Source of the DNA: Octopus vulgaris
Lineage: Eukaryota
Reading direction: 5' to 3'
NCBI GenBank assembly: GCA_951406725.2
Contig: OX597832.1
Location: 42,470,001-42,534,000, forward strand
Length of the DNA: 64,000 bases
Below are positions 54,818 through 64,000 of this stretch, piece by piece. Numbering within the stretch: position 1 is the stretch's first letter; each line of letters opens with the position of its first letter. A program made the position numbers and the translations under genes. The notes below the pieces were generated by a model. That model was not told where the DNA came from. It made no database searches and saw only the letters and a list, made by a program, of their open reading frames with translations.

Positions 54818-55409
54818 TAATAATAATAATAAATGCCCTGATGCAGTACCAGGCAGTGGCTCTCATGGCTTCTCATCTTAACTGATTGGAAGTGTTATCA
54901 TGTACATTGTTTTGTCTTGGTATAAAAGATGGGCTACAGCAAATATTCTGCTCAATACCACAGATTTGCTTGTCAGTTGTTTGACCTTAACCTGTTGAGA
55001 ATGTCCCTTGGTGGCTGACGATATGTGCATCTCTGATCACAAGCAGAAGTAGTGGGTGAGTATCATAGCCATGTGTTGAGAGGGATTCTTTGGGGTTTGA
55101 ATAATTCACCTCTGGAAACATGGGTGTTTCGTTCAACATCCTTAACAGCCCTTACTCAGGGACCTTTTGAGCGGGATGGGCTACTCGACCAGAAGAAAAT
55201 TCTAAGTGGACCCAACCTGCAAGGTCATGCGCTGTTTATCTTGATATGAGATCACCATGTCGCGCACATATGGCTGTGATGCATGTACCTAGTGTACCCT
55301 TATCAGACGGGTAGTCATGATGGGTACACTGGGCTTCGTATATTTTACCCCAGTGTCACTTTGATGGCATGCACTGCTCGCTCACTCAATAATAATAATG
55401 ATAATAATG

Positions 55410-55460
<51 letters not shown>
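54720..55460 (+). mobile_element. Unclassified (AAT)n-tailed repeat with duplicated 3' end
   Basis: GTGTCACTTTGATGGCATGCACTGCTC.CTCACTCA plus (AAT)n occurs at both 54720 and 55353. Confidence 0.55.
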
Positions 55461-55670
55461 GTTACAAATTTTGGCACAAGGCCAGCAAGTTCGGGGATCG
55501 GGGAGGGGTTAAGTCGATTCCATGAACCTCCAGTACTCAACTGGTACTTATTTTATCGACTCCGAAAGGATGAAAGGCAAAGTCAACCTCGGCGAAATTT
55601 GAATTCAGAACGTAAAGACGGACGAAATGCCGCCAACGATTTAGCCCGGCATGTCAACGATTCTACCAGA
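55460..55670 (-). mobile_element. Older SINE C variant
   Basis: Same layout as 28082-28292. Confidence 0.82.
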
Positions 55671-56135
55671 GCATTAATGATAATAATGGTAATACAAACA
55701 GTGTTCTCTTTCTATTTCAGTTGCTAATTATATCTATTAAATATATTCTACAGTTTTTTTTTTTAAAAGCCTCGACATAATGTCTTTACGTTTATATCTA
55801 AATAAAAACACATTGTTTTTAACGATTCCACGAAATAATGGAACTGAAGAATTCTCTCAATAGTCTTTCTTGCCTCATGATACCGAGACAACCAAGCATT
55901 GGCATGTTTTAATCGTGGTGTTTCATTGTCACAGAAGAGAGCCCACACTGTATTCCACTAAGCATTGTTCAATGTTAACAACTAAAATATGCAGTAGGTG
56001 GATCATAGTAATGGCTGAGATGACTAGATGCAATGATTTTTTAATGTTGATTTAATCCTCGTCTTTACAGTTCAGCAATTGAACCACGTAATTTCTTGGG
56101 CAGGAAACAAATCATGTGTAAAACCATCGTACGAT

Positions 56136-56412
56136 GTTAAGTTAAGTTAAGTTAATTTTTTGGCTCAAAAAGCAAAAAGCTAGGCCATGTAGGAGGACAT
56201 GGAGTTATGTACAGGGAGGGTGTTCATGCAAAGAGTTCAGGCCATTTCTGGTCAAGAGAGACTTTGAACCGAGCGGTCGTCGGCATCTTCACTATCTCGT
56301 CTGGCAGCTTCTTCCATGGATCCGCAATCTGGACGGAGAAAGCCCCTCTCCTTCGATTGAGATGAAATCGTTGCAGATAGAGCTTTTCGAAGTGACCTCG
56401 CAGCCGACGCTC
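56136..56412 (-). mobile_element. CR1-like LINE 3' end, 5'-truncated
   Basis: ERRLRGHFEKLYLQRFHLNRRRGAFSVQIADPWKKLPDEIVKMPTTARFKVSLDQKWPELFA*; (TTAAC)n tail. Confidence 0.87.
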
Positions 56413-56566
56413 GATGTGTGTGGGTGTGTGCGTATGCGACAAAGATACAAACAAACAAACAAACAAACGTACATACATACATACATGTATGTATGAGTAA
56501 AAAGAGTAAAAAGACTAAAGAGAGAAAAAGAGTAAAAGAGAAAAGAGACATACATACATACACACA

Positions 56567-56599
<33 letters not shown>

Positions 56600-56929
56600 G
56601 CATGCATACACACACATACATACATGCATACATACATATATACTTACATATATACGTGCGTACAGTTACACAAGGACGTGCAGGAGCGTGTATTACGCAA
56701 CTGAGCATCGTCTGTAACCTTATGTTATTCCTCTGGTATGGTGCACAGAGTTCTAGTTTTAGCTATCGAAACTGCAATTTATTACCTGTTCACTGGCGAC
56801 ACCTGTTAATGAGTTGGTGAGATGACAAGACGAAATGATGGAGAAGGAAGAGGAAGGAGAGGAAGAGAGGCGGGGAAAAGAGGCAACGATCGCACTATGT
56901 TGTCGACGGCAGTAATGGTGATGGTGGTT

Positions 56930-57243
56930 CCGATGATGATGATGATGATGATGATGACGAGGATGATGTTGATGATGATGATGATGATGACGAGGATGAT
57001 GATGATGATGACGAGGATGATGTTGACGACGATGATGATGATGATGATGATGATGACGAGGATGATGTTGACGATGATGATGATGATGATGATGATGACG
57101 AGGATGATGTTGACGATGATGATGATGATGATGATGATGACGATGATGATGACGACGTGGATGATGATGATGATGATGACGAGGATGATGTTGACGATGA
57201 TGATGATGTTGATGATGATGATGATGACGATGATGATGATGAC

Positions 57244-57287
<44 letters not shown>

Positions 57288-57400
57288 CGAGGATGATGTT
57301 GACGATGATGATGATGATGATGATGACGACGACTATGACGAGAATGATGTTGATGATTATGATGGCGATGATGATGATGACGACGGTGAGGCTGACGATG
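56930..57400. repeat. (GAT)n tract with recurring GACGAGGATGATGTTGAC higher-order unit
   Basis: Directly visible. Confidence 0.92.
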
Positions 57401-58112
57401 TCGACAAGCAATGCGACCGAAAACATTCCAATATATTCCGCACACACGCACACAAACACTCACACACGCATATTTGCCATCGCCACCCCACCACCACCAC
57501 CACCACCACCACCACCATCATCATCATTACTAGCAACAGTACGAGTAGGAAGCAGAGGAGGACCTGTTGCTGTTGTAAGCCATTGCGATGATATTTGAAG
57601 CGACAGAAAGGGCGTGGCACTTTGGGGGCTTCTTGATGATCGTGTTTGACATCTGATGGGGGACAACATTAAGTTGAAGAACGACAGAGGAGAAAGAGAG
57701 AGAGAGAGAGAGGGGGAGAGAGTCTGTGCGTGTCAGTGGTTGTGGGAGTAGGTTTAATGGTGGTAGTAATGGTGGTGGTGGTGGTGGTGAATATGGTTTC
57801 AACGATGGTGGTAACATGAAAGCGTCAATGATAGTCGTAATGGCGATGGGAATAATAATGGTGCTTGTGTTCATCACAATCATCCACCACCACCACCACC
57901 ACCACCACCACCACCACCACCACCAGCACCACCACCACCACCACCACCAACACCACTGATAATGTATAGTTTCTTGGTGTGGCATCTAAAGTATTCTCAC
58001 TCGCCTAAGTATTTGTATGTATATATGTGTCTGTATGTATATATGTGTTTATTCGTATGTATGTATGTATGTATATGTACACACATATGTATACATATAT
58101 AATTGTGTGTTT

Positions 58113-58165
<53 letters not shown>

Positions 58166-58374
58166 CACATCTATACATACATATATATGTATATATATAT
58201 ATATACATACACATACACATCTATACATACATACATATATACACAATTTAGTAAATCCCTAAATTGTGACTGGTATTTGGATTAAGGAAACTACCTGGAA
58301 GACTGTAGTCGTACATACGTGTACTCACGTGCATGCGCACGCGCGCACACACATACATACACGGTATCATGTAT

Positions 58375-58506
58375 ACTCTTTTACTCTTTTACTTGTTTCA
58401 GTCATTTGACTGCGGCCATGCTGGAGCACCGCCTTTAATCGAGCAACTAGACCCCGGGACTTATTCTTTGTAAGCCCAGTACTTATTCTATCGGTTTCTT
58501 TTTTGC
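58375..58506 (-). mobile_element. SINE B 3' end
   Basis: Near-identical to 51370-51495. Confidence 0.88.
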
Positions 58507-58569
58507 TTCGTATATATGTATATATATCTAGCTAGAAATGTATCGGGAAATACAATAAGAGAGACCAAA

Positions 58570-58762
58570 ATGAACCACCTGCTGAACTGCCCTTTACGGA
58601 CCGTCGAGGTCACGTACACTAATAGTGCACGTGACATCAAAGTCTTTGACTTGTGGACTGGTATGCTACAGGGTGACACTTGGCACCTTTCATCTTCGTT
58701 CTGGTTACGGACTACTCCTGTCGAGCATTTCGAAACCTCAACGGATTGGGTGGGTTCTGCTA

Positions 58763-58765
<3 letters not shown>
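58570..58765 (+). pseudogene. Non-LTR retrotransposon reverse-transcriptase fragment
   Basis: FDLWTGMLQGDT, frameshift, APFIFVLVTDY matches the GV.QGD.LAP.LF...DY RT motif. Confidence 0.75.
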
Positions 58766-58817
<52 letters not shown>

Positions 58818-58824
<7 letters not shown>

Positions 58825-59203
58825 ACTCATTTACTTGTTTCAGTCATTCGATTTCGGCCATGCTGGAGCACCGCCTTTAGCCGAGCAAATCGACCCCCAG
58901 GACTTATTCTTTGTAAGCCTTATTCTATCGGTCTCTTTTGCCGAACCGCTAAGTTACGGGGACGTAAACACACCAGCATCGGTTGTCAAGCGATGTTGGG
59001 GAGACAAGCACAGATACACAAACACACATATATATATACATACATACGACGGGCTTCTTTCAGTTTCCGTCTACCAAATCAACTCACACGACTTTGGTCG
59101 GCCTGAGGCTATAGTAGAAGACACTTGCCCAAGGTGTTACGCAGTGGGACTGAACCCGGAACCATGTGGTTGGTAAGCAAGCTACTTACCACACAACCAC
59201 TCC
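58818..59203 (-). mobile_element. Full-length SINE B
   Basis: Reverse complement of 41680-42098 with a short internal microsatellite. Confidence 0.92.
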
Positions 59204-59570
59204 TGGGCCTGAGGGAACAGAATGGACAACATATCCGTCATGGTGCCCGGCGCAAAACTACAGTCGAGGGATGAAACTGTTGCCTTTGTTGCTGTTGTTG
59301 TTGTTGCTGTTTTTGTTGTTGTTGTTGATGATGATGATGATGATGGATGATAATGATGACGATGACGACGAAGACGACAACGATGATAATGATGATGTTG
59401 ATGATGATGATGATGACGATGACGACTACGATCCAAAATTGCATAACACATTTTCTCTTGCAGAAGAAAATCGTAAACATTTAGTGAAAAGCCATTGCAC
59501 ACGAATTCCTTAATATTTGTGGTTTCTCACACATACTGAGGAGCACGCGTCTAAACACACCCACCCACAC

Positions 59571-59610
<40 letters not shown>

Positions 59611-59747
59611 ACACACATCACACTCACGCATTAGCATAATAAGAAATAGTTCAAGATCCATCACCAGGCACAGATGCCAAAAAGATAGATCTAATGATAA
59701 CATAGGAGTTATTTTGTGTATGCCTGCATCTGCACACACACACACAC

Positions 59748-59822
<75 letters not shown>

Positions 59823-60597
59823 CAAATGGTAGATAAATAATCACTTTCTCTCTCACTTTCCTTCTTTGTGTATGCATATACATATGTATATATATATATA
59901 TATATATATACACGCATATACTTATCTATTTATATGAATAAATAAACATAATATATATCTATATGTATATATATGCACAAACATTCACACACATATGTTT
60001 ATTATTGCGTGTGTGTGTGAGTGTGTGTGTGTGTGTGTGAGTGTGTGTGTGTGTGTGTGTGTTAATGTCAGGGTATGTTGTGTGGTCTAGTTCATTGGTA
60101 TATATAACTCGCGTAGAATTCTCGATTTCTGATCTTGATCTATGATTCAGGAATCTTCCTACGTATGTATGTATGTATGTATGTATGTATGTATGTATGT
60201 ATGTATGTATGTATGTATGTATGTATGTATGTATGTATGTATGTATGTATGTATGTATGTATGTATGTATGTATGTATGTATGTATGTATGTATGTATGT
60301 ATGTATGTATGTATGTATGTATGCATGTATATATGTATGTAAGTATGTATGTATATATGTATGTATATGTATGTATATGTAAGTATATGATTGCTACTGA
60401 CATTAGCATCACATGAGGATTGCATACATTGAATTGAAACACAGTAGTAAATATGTTGGATTCGCGGACTTTTTCCCCGAGAAGGGCACGAAAGAGACCC
60501 TTTCGTGTAACACGCGTAGTCCTGCTTGCTTCTCAAAGGCAGTTCTGCTCAACCAAAAACCTAGTCACAGAAACCTCCCCATCCAACAATATGACGT

Positions 60598-60753
60598 CTC
60601 TTTTACTTGTTTCAGTCATTTGACTGCAGCCATTGCCTTTAGCCGAGCAAATCGACCCTAGGACTTATTCTTTCTAAGCCTAGTACTTATTCTATCGGTT
60701 ACTTTTGCCGAACCGCTATGTTACAGGGACGTAAACACACCAGCATCGGTTGT
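60598..60753 (-). mobile_element. SINE B 3' half
   Basis: Matches the family B tail. Confidence 0.85.
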
Positions 60754-60759
60754 CATATC

Positions 60760-60925
60760 TTTTTTTTTCTCTTCTTGTTTTTTTTTTCTGTGTCCCTTTC
60801 TGTAGAAGAGCGTAGGCTCGAAACGTAAAAGACTGTTTCTATTCCTGAGCGTTATACTAATACATCTGTTTGTTTTGTACACCACCTGTCTTCGTCTTTT
60901 GTTTTTTTTCGTAAACTCTCCCTAT
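60760..60925 (+). mobile_element. Penelope-like repeat fragment with hammerhead-like motif (60796-60831)
   Basis: CUUU-CUGUAGA-AGAGC(guag)GCUC-GAAA-CG-UA-AAAG; homologous to 36875-37150. Confidence 0.6.
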
Positions 60926-60932
60926 GTATACA

Positions 60933-61083
<151 letters not shown>

Positions 61084-61165
61084 GCCACCTATACCTAGAC
61101 ACAACTTACTCGGCAAACACTCACTACTTGAATAAGCCACGATACAACAAAACTTGACATAAAAA

Positions 61166-61366
61166 GGATTTAACATCAGGTGGAAGTAACTAGAAACTTG
61201 TGAACACTGTCACAATGGAACAAGACTGTGTAAATTGTGTATGGCAGAAAGATATATAATCCTCATGAACTCACATGAGCCAGGAGGCTACCTGAACTCC
61301 AGGACGGAAGCCGTGGGGTGTTGTCCACATTTTCGGAAATTTTTACTTCAAAATTGGAAAACCTAG
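61166..61366 (+). pseudogene. Penelope-like element GIY-YIG endonuclease C-terminus (second type)
   Basis: GFNIRWK*LETCEHCHNGTRLCKLCMAERYIILMNSHEPGGYLNSRTEAVGCCPHFRKFLLQNWKT* matches W.I...C.LC..E...I...LN.R.E....C.H..KF.L. Confidence 0.83.
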
Positions 61367-61483
61367 CTATGAAGCGAAGGAAGACAACTCGGCCGGCCAT
61401 AATTTTTTAAGAGGAATATTTCTTGAACTATCACCGGCCCTCTTGTTTTTTAAAAATACATTCTTTGCAGAGAACGGTTATCA

Positions 61484-61545
61484 TTTAGAGAAACTGAAGA
61501 GATGTCTAGTTCACGGTAGATATGAAACGAATAGATTTTTCTAAA
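61484..61545 (+). ncRNA. Type I hammerhead-like motif in the PLE 3' region (cleavage triplet degenerate)
   Basis: UUUAGAGAAA-CUGAAGA-G-AUGUCUA(guucacgg)UAGAUAU-GAAA-CGAAUAGA-UUUUUCUAAA; 10-bp stem I, 7-bp stem II. Confidence 0.65.
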
Positions 61546-61561
61546 CTGTTACGTTACACAT

Positions 61562-61616
<55 letters not shown>

Positions 61617-61708
61617 CACATACAAAGACAGACACACACATGCTCCTACCTATTTATGTGTGTGAATGTAAGTACACATATTACACACACGCACGCACAC
61701 ACATATAT

Positions 61709-61771
<63 letters not shown>

Positions 61772-62429
61772 TATATATATACATATACATACAAACCCAT
61801 ACACTTATATAAATATTTATACAAATATAATACTTGTATATAAACTTGTATATATATGTATATATATATATATATATGTGTGTGTGTATATATCTGTATA
61901 TATGTACACATATAAACATACATAGTATATATATTACGTAAACATGTTTATATTTGAATAACTTTGTAGCTTAACGTGCACTTATTATATACACAAGGAA
62001 GCACCAACATATACATACCAAATATTGGCGGCCATACATAACTAGTATATCAACACACATACACACACACACACACACACTCACACACACATTTATATAT
62101 ACATAGACTCATACACACATACACACTCGAATTAATTTGCATAGCACACGCAAATTCCTTCATATCCGCCGCTGTCCCAGAAACTGAGACACACGCGCAG
62201 ACACATTCATACACACGAATACACGCATACCAACACACATATAAAACTCATATAAATATGCATAGACAGACTCACGGATGCACACACACACACACACACA
62301 CACTCACACACTTACACACACACATTCGTAAATCTATACATACACATGCATCCCAACATCACAAGACATTGCTTGAGATCCATCACCAGACACAGATGGC
62401 TGTGAGTTAGAGTTAATGATAACAATCGT

Positions 62430-63070
62430 GCGGGTGGGTGTGATGGTGGTGACGGCGGTGGCGGCGGCGGTGGTGGTGGCGGTGGTATGCTACAGTGTAG
62501 GGGAGAGTCGTGGTGGTGGTGGTGGTGGTGGTGTTGGTGGTGGAGGTGGTGGTATAGTTTTATTTGAATGGCGGTGGTGTCGACATTGAGTTATGATATG
62601 AGATGCGGCGGGGTGGGCGTGTCGTTGATGACGATGGTGGTCTTGGTGGTGGTGGTGTTAGCGGCGGTTGCGTCGATGGTGGCGGCAGTGGCGGTGGTGT
62701 TGGCGGTGATGATGCTAGTGGTGGTGGCGGCAGCGATGGTGGCGGTGTTATTGATGGTGGCTATGGTGATGGTTGGCGGTTGTGACGACAATGTTGCTGG
62801 TGGGGATGCATCGATGTCGACGGAGGTGGTCGTGGCGTTGGTGGATGGATGGCGGTAGTGGCTGTGTCCATGGTGGTGGTGGTGGTGGAGATGGTTATGG
62901 TGTTGGTGATGATGGTGATGCCGGTGTCGTTAATGGTGATGGTTGTGGTGGTGATGATGATGATAATGATGATGATGATGATGATGAATTTGCAGATGAT
63001 CATGGTGATGGTGATGATGCTGATGATGACGATGATGGTAACGATTGCCTTAGCTGTTGTAGTGGTGGTG
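62430..63070. repeat. Degenerate (GGT/GAT/GGC)n tract
   Basis: Directly visible; continues at 63630-64000. Confidence 0.85.
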
Positions 63071-63196
63071 CTTTTTGTCCTAACGTCAGTGGTGTTGCTG
63101 TTGTTGCTTTACCTCAGCCAATCCCGAGTAAGCAAATCTATGACAAAAAAGGCATTCCGGCCAAGACCACCACGTCTTTTTATATATCAGTGACTA

Positions 63197-63529
63197 AAAA
63201 AGAAAAACTAACGAAAAACGTTTCCCTTTTTCAAGCCTAGCCAAGCTCATGGGCCCGGTTTTCCGGTTTCTGTGGCGTATGCGTTCCCCCCAGCTGCCCG
63301 GGACGCCAGTCCATCGCAGCGTTACTCAAGAAACAGGAAGAGAGTGTGAGAGAAAGTTGGGGCGAAAGAGTACAACAGGGGTCGCCACCCACCCACCCCC
63401 TGCCAGAGCCTCGTGGAGCTTTAGGTGTTTTCGCTCAATAAACACACACAACGCTCGGTCTGGGAATCGAAACCGCGATCCTCCGACCGCGAGTCCGCTT
63501 CCCTAACCACTGGGCCATTGCGCCGCCAC
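63197..63529 (-). mobile_element. SINE head A, tail T3
   Basis: TSD ATA(T/C)CAGTGACTA at 63184-63196 and 63530-63542. Confidence 0.9.
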
Positions 63530-64000
63530 ATACCAGTGACTACATTTTCCAATAAGATCTTTGTTGTTGCTTTTTTTCTTTACATGGAAGGACATGATTT
63601 GAGGGAAATTCGGCTGCTATTTCTCTTGGTATTGGTGTTGATGGTATCAGTGCCAATAGCTGATAGTAGTGGTGGTGGTGGCGTAATTGTGATCTCGATG
63701 GTAGTGTTAATGATAGCATAGGTTGTAATGATGGTGATGCGGATGGTGGTAGTGTTTGTTGGTGGTGGTGTTGGTAGCGATGTTGATGGTACTTTTAATA
63801 ATACTGAATGCGTTAGCGGTGGTGTTGGTGGTGGTGTTGATGGCAATGGTGATAGTGTTGTTGTATGTAGTTGTGTAACTAATGGTGGTGGTGGTGTTGC
63901 TAGCGATGATGTTGATGGTATGATTCTGTATCCTGTGAGCGTGATAGACATTTCTGTTGATGGTAGTGGTGGTGGTGGCGGTGGTGGTGATGGTATACAT

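Noticed and set aside
58488-58814. Minus-strand open frame with AG/GT boundaries as a host exon
   Set aside because: The plus strand carries a recognisable frameshifted LINE RT motif (QGDT.AP), which better explains the sequence.

Overview
AT-rich, extremely microsatellite-dense eukaryotic non-coding DNA. The repeat content most resembles a coleoid cephalopod (Octopus-like) genome; this is an inference from repeat style, not a database result. No host protein-coding exon can be supported, and nearly all listed ORFs are translations of simple repeats. The window is a dense transposon landscape: (i) at least four tRNA-derived SINE head types (here called A, B, C and CORE-like) that exchange 3' tail modules, with family C in multimers sharing one fixed junction; (ii) internally deleted or fragmentary mariner and Tc1 elements and a hAT MITE with an 8-bp TSD; (iii) 5'-truncated CR1-like LINE ends and a LINE RT fragment; (iv) Penelope-like (GIY-YIG) remnants. 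The most notable hidden structure is a set of minimal type I hammerhead-ribozyme motifs: one near-canonical at 24607-24663, one directly downstream of a Penelope endonuclease at 61484-61545, one in a long palindrome at 4752-4800, and a dispersed family with a variant CUGUUGA-type core.
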